Shown: positions 52,012-64,000 of the stretch, in pieces
How positions within the stretch are numbered: the stretch's first letter is position 1
Layout of the letters: the number at the start of each line of letters is the position of its first letter
Notes under the pieces: model-generated
What the model saw: only the letters and a program-made list of their open reading frames with translations
Told to the model about the DNA's origin: nothing
Database searches by the model: none
Position numbers and translations under genes: made by a program
Source of the DNA: Parasitella parasitica NRRL 2501
Taxonomy: Eukaryota > Fungi > Mucoromycota
Assembly: GCA_025201805.1 (NCBI GenBank)
Contig: MU619243.1
Coordinates: forward strand, 269,436 to 333,435
Direction: 5' to 3'
DNA length: 64,000 bases

Positions 52012-53365
52012 TTAATGTCCAGTTCTGGTGGGCCTCATAACCAATTCAATGTCATCGTCTGAATCATGATTCAAACCTGACAGATTTAATGATGAAGATC
52101 CTGCTTCATGGTCTTCTAGTAATGCCTCCTCGTCGTCTTCAGAAGACATATCTCCGTGTATATGGTGATGGGTTTCCGACGATGAGCCTCTGGCTATAGA
52201 ATCGAGTAGATACACGCCTGTAAAAATGATGATAAACCCACAAAACAAGGATGCCACGTTGATGGGATTGTCCGTATTGAAACCATGAAATAAAATGGCT
52301 GAGGCTATTATTGTGGCTGTCGTGAAACAAACAAAGTAGATGGGGTTGACACTAGTACAATCGACATTAGATTAAGCAATACGCATCCATACCACATACA
52401 TACACATTTGTAGAAAATTGCTCCAACGCCTTATTGAAATAGTTCATTTGAACAACAATGCAGATTGCCACAATTAGGCCAAAGGCGTAGGTCGAAGGGT
52501 GCGTAAACTGATTGTTTCCAGCAAACGTTAATTTCAACGCAATTCCAAACGCCTTGATGGCCATTACTGACACCGATCCCACCAAAGAGCAAATGGAAAT
52601 GTAGACGAATGGATTCTTTGTTCCATACACTGGCACAACTTTATATATCATAAAGAGACTGACGCCAAGGACCATGATACAGTACATGACAAAACCTTTC
52701 GAATGTCATGTGAGCAAACCCTTCTTTCCTCAACATACAGCTCGGCCTACCTGGTTGTAAAGCATAGAACAGTAGTTCATCTATGGATGTAACATCCTTG
52801 TCCTCTGGTGCATGCAACACTACGATGAATGCTCCTACTACAGACAATAAACATCCAACTTTTCCAATAGCGCCCAGTTTTTCCTTTAAAAATATCGATG
52901 CAAATATAGCTCTTATGGCAGAAATTGAGTAAGATTCGACGCAAGCACTTTTGTATCCTGACCCTTACCCAAGAATAACACTTAGACTTCCTAATGGCGT
53001 TACTAATATCGGTGGAGCAAACGAATATGCCGAAAAATTCAATATTTCACCGACAGCCACTAGTGAAGAAAGACAAGCGTTAGATCAAAGCTGGATCCCT
53101 TTTTCTTTGCGTCTTTCCTGATATTTACTTGTTCCTATCCCAGCCCACCAAGTCCAATTCCTCAAGTAATGATGTTTTCCGTCTGCTGCAGACACACCTG
53201 GATCGTTGTTAGTTTCCTTCTCCAGCCCTACCATCTGGCTCTCATAAACATACCGTGTCGTCTTTTTGAATTGTCTAATCCCTTTTTTGTAATCACAAAT
53301 GAGAGTCCAATAAACAAACTTGAACTCATGGCTAATATTAGCCCAATGTACTTTTCATGTAACAT
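52012..53365 (-). CDS. NIPA-family magnesium transporter, 6 exons
   Basis: KYIGLILAMSSSLFIGLSFVITKKGL, NFSAYSFAPPILVTPLGSLSV, YISICSLVGSVSVMAIKAFG, QMNYFNKAL, VNPIYFVCFTT. Confidence 0.94.
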
Positions 53366-53385
53366 GATTTTAATATGTGTTTTGT

Positions 53386-53431
<46 letters not shown>

Positions 53432-53914
53432 GAAAAAGAAAGTTTATGGATGTTCTGCCTTTTAAAAGCGCAGGAGCAGCGTAGGACAAGCATCCACAGG
53501 AACAAGCATTCACACAATGATTATGCCACAGAATGGCTTCCCTCCTTGTTGATACTGCTTAGATGTAGAAATAATTCCTGTGGTAGCTCCAATCTTGCAC
53601 AAGGCAATAAATTTCTTTTGATACTTGATACACACCTTGGCCCCAAGGTTTCTGCAAACAAATCCTCATCATGTTGAATAGTACTGAAAGACACCCGGTC
53701 GCTTCGGAACTGCGAAAAGCTCTGGGGACCTCTCAAAGTAAAATGCAGAGTAAACTAGTCTGACATGTTTTGTATCAACGACTAGTTTATAGCAAAGAAA
53801 AAGCCAAGCTAGGGTTTTTCAACAGACTATTTATAGATAGATATTATTTTATTTTACATTACATTTAAAGAAAAAATCAAAGAGAGGGTTGTGGTATATA
53901 TGCTTTGACAGATT

Positions 53915-54229
53915 TTAACAAGGGCAAAATTCAGTCGAATGGGGCCCATTGCAATTGAGGCAGGTTTGAATAGGATTTAACATTTTTAACAATTGCAAAT
54001 TAAACATGCTGATAGAAGAATGAAGCGTTGGCTGGAGATTGGGTCGAGGAAATGTGTTCAAAACGGCACTTTCAGTGACGACAGATGGGGCTTTGGTGGC
54101 AGAGTTTGTTGAATAATTGGGCTGTTGCTGTCTAAGAACAGTGGCAGATAAAGGTCCCAACGATTTTGCAGCAAACGGTTTGGCATTAGTTGCCAGCAAG
54201 GTCGAGAAAGAGCCAAGTGGAGGTGGCAT
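53915..54229 (-). CDS. Small protein (104 aa) with presequence-like N-terminus and C-terminal CxxCxxxHxxxxCPC motif
   Basis: MPPPLGSFSTLLATNAKPFAAKS...(no acidic residue for ~50 aa)...TCLNCNGPHSTEFCPC*. Confidence 0.65.
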   Translation of the reverse strand: MPPPLGSFSTLLATNAKPFAAKSLGPLSATVLRQQQPNYSTNSATKAPSVVTESAVLNTFPRPNLQPTLHSSISMFNLQLLKMLNPIQTCLNCNGPHSTEFCPC

Positions 54230-54558
54230 TACTTTTATGATAAGACGAACGGAAAAACAGTTGCTCTCGAAAAAATGTGTGTCAACACATTTTATTCTAA
54301 TTAGAAATCTGCGGCGAAAAAAAATTCTGTATACGGTATTCAATCATTACAGTTGGATAAATTTTGTTTAGGCGTGTTGCGATACAAATTATCAAGCATG
54401 ATGAACTGGTACAGTGTGTATTGTCTTCAAATGAGCTTTCTTCAGAAAATTCATGGAAGCAGCTAAAGGCTCGCCCAGTCAAGAGTAACTCGGATTGAAT
54501 AAACCAAATTTATCAGCCACTGCTAATAGTATTCTTTATTTTATCATGATCAGCTTAT

Positions 54559-56342
54559 TTAATCTTGCCAAATGTCATCAAGCATGTAATTCTCAACTTT
54601 TATATTTTGCTTGGATAGTTCAGGGCATGTTTCTGAAATGAACGACAAGAATTCTTTGTATTCTTCGTGAACACAGCCATGCAAAATTAATTTTGCCAAC
54701 TTTGTGTTGAAATTGGCCTTACGACCAGACACAAACTTCATTAGAGGGCCTGGATAATCACACTCTATTCTCTAGAATATTAGCTTGATTGTTTCCAAGT
54801 GCGGGAATCTCTTCAAAAATTTATAGACAGGGAAGCTAAGGTGGGGTTGATAATCATTTTTTACGCCATCCAATTCTAAAGTCTTGAGTCTTGGGAAACC
54901 TTCTAGGTATTTGAAAATATCCATTACTTTGACCTCCTTATCATCATTTACACATGAAAGGTCTATTTTCAATGCTTCCACAGAGTTTTTTTTGGTTAGA
55001 TGCAAATAAATCCTTGATTCGAGCTTGAGGATCATCATATGGAAGCATCATTACCGTAATCGTTCTCAATTTGGCCCCGCTTGCATCCATTGCCTTCAAA
55101 ATTACCGGCGTAATTGGGTAAATGTCGACATCATAAGTTTCGAGACAAGGGCTATAAGCAAATTTAGCCAATGAATCTTCGCCAAGCTCCTCAGTATACG
55201 ATTCATCATCATCCTTCTTGTGGTGGATTGTCAAGGTTTTCAAGTCTGGATACTTCCCAGCTACATGCAACAGTAAATTTTCGTTGCACCTCTTTGTATA
55301 GTTTGAAATCTGAAGCTCTTTCAATCTATTTTCTGCAGCAAGTGCAGCTGGAGGGGTCCGTTCTTCATCAGCACTGAAATCTACTTGCATATCATTTAAA
55401 CAAAGGGTTTCCAATTTCTGTGCGTTGAGATGTAGTTGATTTATATCATTCAATTCCATTGCACCACGATGCAATTTGAGTATTTTCAGGTTATGAGCTT
55501 TCGAAAGTTGCTAAATTAAGGGCTTGCACCTACGAAACGAATATCCTGTACCTTGATCACGATCATGTAAAAAATCGATATCTAGCTCTATCAAGTTACA
55601 AAGTCCATTATTTTTTAACAATGCTGTAGACAAGGGACAGTTATCGAGTTCTTGAAAGTTAGTGATGTTTTCACAGTGCTTAGCATTTTGCTCGTTGACA
55701 ACTATTTCATATTTATCAACTTCATCGTCAGCTTCATTATCATGTTCAGAATTATCCCAGATAAGCTCTTCGAGTTTATGAGGTTGTTTTGGTTTAGCCA
55801 ATTCCTCAATAGCTTTAATAAGACGAAACTATTTGGACGTTATCCCCAGATGAAGCACTTGTTTCCGGGAAGTCTCGTTTATTTTGAAATATTTTGTTTA
55901 AAGTTGCAAAGTAATGATAATAGGCAATATCATGTAAGTTAATAATATCTTACTTGCCATTTTGTAATTTCTCAATAGACCAGTTCCATATACTTCACAA
56001 ACGTTTTATATTAACTAGCTTTTGCTCCTGTTTTAAAGGGAGCAGGCCCAACCCTGTGGAATGGATAGCTATGATTAGATTCAACTGTCGATTTGGAAAG
56101 ACACTTGCACCCATCTCCTTGATAATTACCGGTGTAATCGAGTGTCTGTCAGCATCACAAGTCTTGAAATGAAGATTATGAGAAACGATATTAGCCAAAT
56201 GAGCTTCACTATGCTTCACATTGCCCCTATAAGGTTTCTTTGTGTACTTCCCAGCCACATAATGGCAGTATTACTTGGTTATGTTTCTTTTGAAGCTCTG
56301 CTAATTTATTAGCAGTAAGCGAAGCTGGGAAGCTTTATCCAT
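54559..56342 (-). pseudogene. Decayed F-box/RNI-like LRR gene
   Basis: Consecutive frames with LRR-like LHLNAQKLETLCL, YPDLKTLTI, FPRLKTLELD, FPHLETIKL, CPELSK broken by frameshifts and stops; frameshifted MDKLP-like start at 56342. Confidence 0.7.
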
Positions 56343-56947
56343 CTCTATCAGAACTCAACTTTATACACAGGATTTTGCTATGACCGCATAATCTAAACAA
56401 AAAATCTCAACTTTTTGTGCGTTGCGAGGGAGCTCATATAAACCACAGGCGCAATATACTTTGTTATTTCTTGGCTTATAGGCGAGGGTAGGTGATACAA
56501 ATAATACATAGGTGCAGAAACCTTACAAAACCATGGAACTGGAGGTGATGAATGGATCAGGTAGTGTTTTGTGAGGATGCTTCTGGATCGTCTTGTAAGA
56601 AATGGAGGATCTTGAGTGAGTATTATTGGGCACAACAAGAAGATTGGGAGTAGATCACGTTGGCTTTTGCTCTTGGTGGTCTTCCATGTGCAATTTCCGT
56701 TTACAAGCAATAAAATTCTCTGCTTAGAAGAGGGCATTACAAAGACAAAACTTTGGCAAAGTTTATAGCTTATGATGAGTAGCCAAGGGGTTAAAAATTT
56801 CTTTCAAGATTGCTTCAAAGAAGAATCTGAGTAGATTTTTACTAACTATCTCAACAAAATATATTAGGATATTGATTTAATGTGAAATTTTTATCAAATG
56901 CAGCAAGCTAAAATGTATTGTACATATACTGGTTTATGAAGATAGAG

Positions 56948-59900
56948 TTAAGTGTACAAGTGTTGCGTAGCAGCACCAACAATAGGAATAGATTGGCCTT
57001 GGAGATCTTCAAAAGACAAAAACTTTGTTGGAAACTCAACAAGATGACCACGAACAGTATCCAAATGTTGACGAACTTCTTGAAGAGACATATTAGGGTC
57101 GTGCACATGGCCCAAGTCAATTTTTTTGGGATCAGGGTAGAATTTATGATATTCATCCCAAGTTAAAATTGTGTCATCAGGAACACAATGGAATACCTCA
57201 CGGAAGGCAGTCGTGTTGGCATAAGCTGTGTGATTCCAGCGACCTAAAGTTTCATCATCCAATGGGTCCATAACCCAATAATCTTCCTTGGTTTGAGTGG
57301 TGTCAATTTGTAAAACAGGCAAAGGCAGCATGGCATTATTAACAACATCAATAGGCTCCTCTTCAAGCAAGCCTAAATGCTCCTTCCATAACTGACGACG
57401 TAAAGTGGCAGCAAATCTGCTTGCTTGATACTGTTATAATCAAGTTAGCGCGAGCATTATGAGACACATTGTAGAAACATACTGGTTGGCCATTCATACG
57501 AGAACTGATCATGTCTTTATCCTCCGTGATCAACGCAATTTCAGAATCGCGATCACCACATTGAGATCTATCATTCAAGTTTGCAGAACCCATAATGACA
57601 ACGCGGTCATCAGCAATCAGCAATTTGGCGTGGATGTACAGCTCTTCCGTAACGTATTCACTGACTTCTTGTCTTTCGGCAACTTCGTCGCGGTGGTTGC
57701 TTTGGTGAATATTACTAACCCATGGCTCATCGCGAACAGGTCTACGATGACTATCTATTGAATCTGAAGCAATACTATCAGGGTAAGTGTGATGATGTTC
57801 CTGAGATTGATGCCTATGACGTTGCAAAATATCAGGGGAAACGAACCCAGCAGGCGGCACAGGTTTATAGGGATTACCAACTAGGGTAGTCTCAACCTCC
57901 TGCTGCGTCAATGGTATTCCATCTTTGTGAGGCGTTAAACCAGCATCACGGGCCAGCATTTCTTCAACCATAGGCCGGTTGATACGATCGTAGCTTCTTA
58001 AGCTGTAGAATCTGATATATTCATCGGGATTGATGTTGAGGGCCTTTAACTTCTCGAGGATACTCTTTTGACCACTGCAGATCGAGACGTACTGATAGTA
58101 CATGACAAGTCTACAGACGAGATGACATTTCAGAAATCACTGTTACTACATACTTTACGGGAGTTTACCTTGCAGTAGCAGCATCCTTGGTGCTCAGCTC
58201 GGCTGGAAATGCAGGCATCAGTGGCATCAAGATGAATACCTTGAATTTTTCTTGTTCGTCGAATGCTCTCTTGATGCGATTCACAATAGCAGCACCAATT
58301 TGGTTCTTCAGAATATAATTGCTGTCGTCTTCTGTGGTAGTAACTAGTGGGTACGTTCTTTTAATACAATGTGATTGAGGGCTTGTACAATAACTACTTA
58401 CTAAAGAATTGGTTTTCAATATAGACATAATGTTGAGAATTGTTAATGACATCAATGTATGCATTTTGGATCGAATGCTATTCGAATATTGTTGCGTTGA
58501 TGACTGGGTCCATGCAAACTTTCGTAATCTTACCTCTAAATTAATACCAGTGCTCCATTCTGCACTACTACGAAGTACCTGCGTCTTGCATGTGCCATGC
58601 ACACCAGAAGTATTATGTTCGTAATGGTACGAACGAAACATTCTACTATCAAGAGAGATATTAAATTTTTGGTAATTGCTGTATCCGCCAAGTGGAGGCT
58701 TCAAAAATGGTGCCTTGCTTTTATCCAAAGACTTGGAATTTTTGACAAAGTTCCACCTATCACAGAAATGGCGTGCAACATCTAAAACAGGTTCACCAAG
58801 CTGGAAAATAAAGTTAGGGTTATTAGTACAAATAAACAGTATGAAACACATTACCATACAGAGGGAGATATCATGCCAAGGCATACGAGGGATGACAGTC
58901 TTGTCGATTAATCTCATATCCCATTCTTTCACTAAATGTCAAAGTTGTAAGCTTATATATTTATATGTGGCATATTCTTCCATGTAGGCACCTTTCTCAA
59001 AATCTCTTAATCGGGCATCACTATAATCTTGGCCTGGATAGACTTCCAAGTGAGGGTCAGAACAGGTAAAGTCGGCTAATCGGTGAGCATGTGTATCCCA
59101 TCGTCTAGATAAACAAAGAATAATAAATCAACTGCACATAGTGCCTATAAAATAACTAGTACCCATAACAGAGATCGATACCGCCCAAAAATGCAATGCG
59201 GTTATCAACGACGACGAATTTTTCATGATGTGACCAAAAGAAAGTACCCCCAACAGCATGATCAGGATGTCTTTGAACTGCAGAATGTATTATATAATGG
59301 AGTTTTACTCAAGGAAAGGTATTAATATTTACCCACAATATTTTCATGCAAGTCTTGCAAAGCCTTTTTAGTGTGAGCACTGTCTAAGGTTAATGCTAAT
59401 TCGACTTCCTGTATAATGTGCGCATACATCAGTGTTATATTCACGTCATTCACACTTACGCCCCTTTTGTCATACCTTGTACACAACAATGTAAATCATG
59501 ACGCCCTCTTCGGCCTTTCTTTTCAGTAATGCGTCGATACGATATTGTGGAAATTTCGCTGGCGGTCTTTTCAAATACTGGATGGCCTGCTGTGAGCCTA
59601 GTTTCCACAATTAAATCATCATGATTTCCACTTACCAATTCTGGAGACTATCATTTACAAGAAAATAAGATGCTTTAATGCCGAGAATAATTGAATCATT
59701 TATTCAGGAACCTTACCAACCACCAATCCTCGATAAAAATGACTTTTTGAGCACTTTCGATTGCCTCTGCAACAGCCCTGAACAAAACCTTTTAGTGTAC
59801 GTGATCAAAACCTCAAAACTGTACACTCACCAGCAATAGTCGTGGCCATCAATGAAGTATTTTACCATAGCGTTTTGACGAATAGGGGCAAACGAGCCAT

Positions 59901-60018
59901 ATCGATGACTCTCCATCATGTAACCTTCTTCTTCATTATCTTCCTTCTTGTCGCTAGTGGAAGCAATTGCCTCAATTTTATGCTTGACCTTATTAGCTAA
60001 ATGGTTTAATATAGGCAT
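56948..60018 (-). CDS. PLD1: Phospholipase D (PLD1/SPO14 family) lacking PX/PH domains, ~14 exons
   Basis: [16 protein letters not shown]|SPEL|YLKRPP, HKD1 [37 protein letters not shown]2 [20 protein letters not shown]. Confidence 0.94.
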
Positions 60019-60849
60019 TATTTTTAACAAAAAAAGACAAAGGAAAAAAAGAAAAGAAAAGGAAAGGAAAAAGAAAGGAAGGAAGAAAAGTGCAAGGATG
60101 GACTATTCTATTTATATGGGCAGCAGAATTTGCGTTTTTACCTACTTTTTTTGTTTAAAATGACTAAATGTTGGTATAATAAATATACGAATTTTCTACA
60201 AATAAAGGGGAGAGTAACCGTTTAAGAATTACCTATACCTTTGGTCAAAAACATGATTTCCACTGAATAAAACGAACCTTATTCATGAATATAGATACAA
60301 CCTGATGTTTGAGTTTTTATTAAAAGTCTTTTTAATACATGATGTGAATTAACCGAAATTAGGTTAGTTTTCGATTACTACAAATACATATACTTTAATG
60401 TCCAAATAACGATGATATTGCACACTGTGCCTTACATTGATTAGAGCTGTTTAAGCGAGATGCTAATTTTTGTGCCAAGAAATGTCTCAAAGATGAGTTT
60501 CTCAAAAAATTTACGTCTTAATTTTACCCGAGACGATTGTTTTCGATGTGATAGCCATACATGATCATTGTGGGCCTCTCTGTATGTAACCACCTGCAAT
60601 CGTTCAAGTATACAGTTCTACGCAAATTGTTTCCAAGTAGCACGCTGAATTATAATCCTGCCTTACGAAAAAATTTACACATAGACTTAATTCAAGGAAA
60701 CTCTCGTATGAAAACGATGTTTGATTGCGCATTTGTAGACATGCAAGTTGCACCCAGAAGGCGTTTGAAATTAGAGGCCTCATCCTCCTCCAATATCGCT
60801 ACCAAAGCAGCAAACACCTTTTTTTTTCTTTTCTTTTCATTTTAAACTT

Positions 60850-63147
60850 ATGGAAGACGCAAGAGAAATAGCCATCAATAAACTTTCTGAACTTTTAAAG
60901 CATCCTGATGATCTCACAACCAAAGTTGGGCCGTTAACTCGAAAACTTGCCAAAGAAAAGGCTTCTATTGACGCTCAACTAAACACTGGCGTACAATCTC
61001 AGCTTGACCATGTTCAAGAGGGTTTAGAGACACTAACAATATCCAGTAGAAACATCAACAGGGTCAAAGACAACATGCGGAATATCGACAAGCTGTGTTA
61101 TGATGCCCAATCTATGATCAAAGACTTTCCAAAAATTAATATGGTAACATTGATATTATCCAAAAAAGACCCTGAGCCACCTTTAACTAACTGGCAATAG
61201 ATATCACAAGTACATCAAAACTTTGTAGCCACACAGGCCAAAGTCCAGGCATTTCAGGAATTATACCAGCAGCTTGACGATCTCGAAAATGCATTTACAC
61301 CAATGCAGAACGATATATTCAATCCTCACGATACCTTGCTACATGTTCATTATCATCTTTTCAAATTGGAGGAATTTCGCGACAAAACAATGCACCAGGC
61401 CCGTGATTCTCCTCACGACGTTATTATCACCCTGAAAACATACTTTCGTCGAGTGGATGTCCTTTCTGACGACTTTACACAACATTTATGGCTGCTAGCC
61501 CGAAATTTAGTTCCATTAGTCGAGAATGGATGCGGTTCAACCATTGTCAAGCTGATTAAAATCATAGAGTGCGAAGAAACAGCCGATGAAAAGGCATTAG
61601 CCGCAAGGCAGGCTCAGTCGAACCATCAAGATTTGCAGGGACTGAAAAAATGGCGCTTAGCAGAAGGCAATCCGCGTACTATCAAATCCTACCGAGTCGA
61701 GTTTTACGAACAATTACATCAGTCATTGCGAGAACGCTTCGAGGAAAAATTCAATCAGTTCAGGGAGAATGAGGATTGGCAAGGTGCTCTGGATTCTGCT
61801 GATTTTATATTCAACGAACTGGAATTGGTATATGATCAAATTGTGCCAAAGTTCCCGAAAAAATACAAGATTTTCCCTTATTTTGTACTAGAATACCACC
61901 GCCATACCTATGATTTACTAAATCAAATGGTACAACAAGATTTGGACGCTGGTACCATTTTGAGGTTATTGCGTTTTGTTCGAGATTATTACACAACCAT
62001 GAGCACAAGATTAGGCGTCACCGAAGAACTGTTAGAGCCTCAGCTGCTGGATGGCCAGGAACAATCCCTAGTTGATGATTACCTTAAGCTGGTGCGCAGA
62101 AAATTGGTTGAATGGACATCCAATTTGATGCAATCTGAATCAAACGACTTTGTTGCTCGTCGCGATCCTCCAGAAATGTCGCCCGATGGCCAATTTGGGC
62201 TGTCTGGGGCTGTTGATCTGTTTCAGATCATCAACCAGCAAATCGATGTCGCCGCTGATGCTAATCAGGGCAAATTGCTCTACCTTGTAGTGAACGAATG
62301 TCATAAAGTGATGAAGGATTCTCAAGCCTTCTGGAAGAAGCTGCTGATGTCTGAACTGCAAAAGCAGTTTGAGCAACCCGACGCTGTACCTGAGGGCCTT
62401 GTGGAATATGTCATGGCATTAGCGAACGATCAAATTAAATGTTCTGACTTTGCAAATGACATCTTGATTCGAGTGCCGCCTATCGTGGATGCCAATTACA
62501 AGCTGCAAGTTGAAGACAAACTTTCTACAGCCATTGATGGCTATTTGCAAATCGCTGCAAGTGCTCGTGAAGCTTTGCTGGAGGTTACGTTTGGGGATAT
62601 TAAGCCTGTGTTTGCCGATCTCTTCACCAATCGCTGGTACGAACAACCGTTGATCCCGTCAGTCATTGAAACTCTGAAGGATTACTGTGACGATTTCCAA
62701 CATTTGAACAAGTTCATCTTTGACAAACTTATCCATGACATGCTGGATCGATTCCTAATGCTATATCTGGAAGCAATGAGTCACAAGAATTCCAAATTCC
62801 AAATGGAGACCTGCTTGGAGCGCATTGAAAACGATGTTCGTCTTTCATTCAACTTTTTTGCAAAATATACATCTGTCGAAGAGATGGAAGACAGGTTCGA
62901 CGTTATCGAAAAGGTTCATACGTTACTTGAAAGTAACCGTCGCATGATATTTGTGGACTACTATACGCTAAGACAGGCGTATCCGGATGTACCGCTCGCT
63001 TTTGTCGAAAATATACTCAAGAAACGGGACGATTTAGATAAATCTGCACTCAAAGATATTATGGAAGGCATCAAAGCGAAAGCCCGTGAATATGAACCTG
63101 ATGCAAATACCCCTCCAACCATTTTTAGTAGAATAAAATGGCAATAA
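60850..63147 (+). CDS. SEC6: Exocyst complex subunit SEC6 (EXOC3), 2 exons
   Basis: LLKHPDDL..KEKASIDAQL, LLHVHYHLFKLEEFRD, AVDLFQIINQQIDVA, YVMALANDQIKC, YPDVPLAFVENILKKRDD, PTIFSRIK; intron 61144-61200. Confidence 0.94.
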
Positions 63148-63544
63148 ATATTTGTGGCATTTTTTTTTTCTTCCTATTTTATAATTAATAAAATATTATC
63201 AGCTCATTCAAATACTACAGGCCACGATGTAAAGAGGGGATTATACAAGGCTTGGCTTATTATTGCGTACGCTTGCAAACATACGTCTGGTTCGGTCAGG
63301 CCCTTCAGTAAACTGATTTTTGCAGAATTAGGATAATTTCTGAAAATGGCATGTAGATTATTGGCTCTAGCATAAGGTGGGTCACCGAAACAAAGAGGGC
63401 ATCCAAGTTTCTCAAAGGATTTGCTGTAACTATAATAAAATTTTAGATGATGCTATAGTTAAAGATAGTGTCATATTTCTAACCCAAGAAACAGTTGATT
63501 TTTAATGTTCTTCAAATATTAAAGAAGATTAATAGCTTATTGTT

Positions 63545-64000
63545 CCCTCACAACAAGTGAGGGGCGAAAAATAATTTACAAGTACTTGGTCGTCATAAAT
63601 CATCCAAATAACCGTAAAACCGCGATCTAGCTTGGAAAACTTAGCGTTGACTTGTAGCTATCCGGCAACAACAGTAATATTTATGTTTCATCGACCTCTA
63701 TAAGGTTTATATCAGATAATATCACAAATTTACATATCTAATCGCTGCTGATAGGTTGCCTTAAAAACCAAATCAAAGCCAGTCTATGTGCCATTAAATC
63801 AGGTATGATTATCGCTATTTGAGCTTAACTTGTTTTCCAGTGGGCAATGTCTCTATCAAAAGTTATTTGCAAAAACACTTTTATTTTTCAATATTTATCA
63901 TAAATATTAGATATTTGCTCATAACTTGTGTTAAAATGACCGTAGAACCGAGATCTAACATGGAAAACTTAGCGTTAACTCACCTCTATCTGGCAACAAT
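63545..64000 (-). repeat. Inverted copy of the ~330-bp tandem repeat family with a terminal hairpin; runs off the window
   Basis: Reverse complement of 63895-63975 is nearly identical to 39271-39350; ggaaaacttagcgtt occurs at 63634 and 63962; hairpin ccctcac-aacaa-gtgaggg at 63545-63563. Confidence 0.88.

Noticed and set aside
53387-53430. Poly-Lys ORFs at long A/T homopolymers (also ~34278 and ~50591)
   Set aside because: Promoter or intron homopolymer tracts of uncertain length, not coding
53450-53740. RNase MRP-like motifs (GAGAGGUCCCC ... GGGGCC/GGAGCU) or a C/D snoRNA
   Set aside because: Spacing and flanking helices are not convincing by eye; needs a covariance-model search
56393-56737. 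114-aa minus-strand ORF
   Set aside because: No motif; lies in decayed sequence between PLD and the F-box pseudogene
1-64000. tRNA, rRNA, spliceosomal snRNA genes and U12-type introns
   Set aside because: No cloverleaf, rRNA or snRNA signature recognised, and no RTATCCT donor at the junctions I reconstructed; manual inspection could miss divergent cases

Overview
Gene-dense, intron-rich, AT-rich fungal scaffold segment. Short ~50-70 nt introns and the gene families present point to Mucorales (Mucor/Rhizopus-like); this is an inference. About 20 intact host genes can be reconstructed by hand across introns: ADP1-type ABCG transporter, mitochondrial ATPase inhibitor, RPL18, a 13-finger C2H2 protein, eIF3h, a C2H2 TF, TAF1, MePCE/Bin3, MTR4, MSH4, a coiled-coil/WD40 protein, neutral trehalase, a secreted choice-of-anchor-A-like protein, a DAL5/TNA1-type MFS transporter, RAD57/XRCC3, a Utp12-domain protein, a NIPA Mg2+ transporter, a small zinc-knuckle protein, phospholipase D and SEC6. 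Accessory islands contain: a Crypton-type tyrosine-recombinase element with a complete catalytic set but one premature stop; a Helitron relic tied to a ~330-bp tandem repeat that recurs inverted 24 kb away with a terminal hairpin; two decayed copies of a PD-(D/E)xK-like family; an LTR-like fragment; and an F-box/LRR pseudogene. The most unusual observations are a cryptic spliced mini-gene resembling a stand-alone RAD51-paralogue N-terminal domain just upstream of RAD57, a high density of GC-AG introns, a possibly chimeric or WD40-less UTP5-like gene, and the Crypton head-to-head with a lineage-type zinc-finger array. N gaps lie at 9469-9913, 14591-14675 and 34313-34322. All family calls come from motif recognition; no searches were run.
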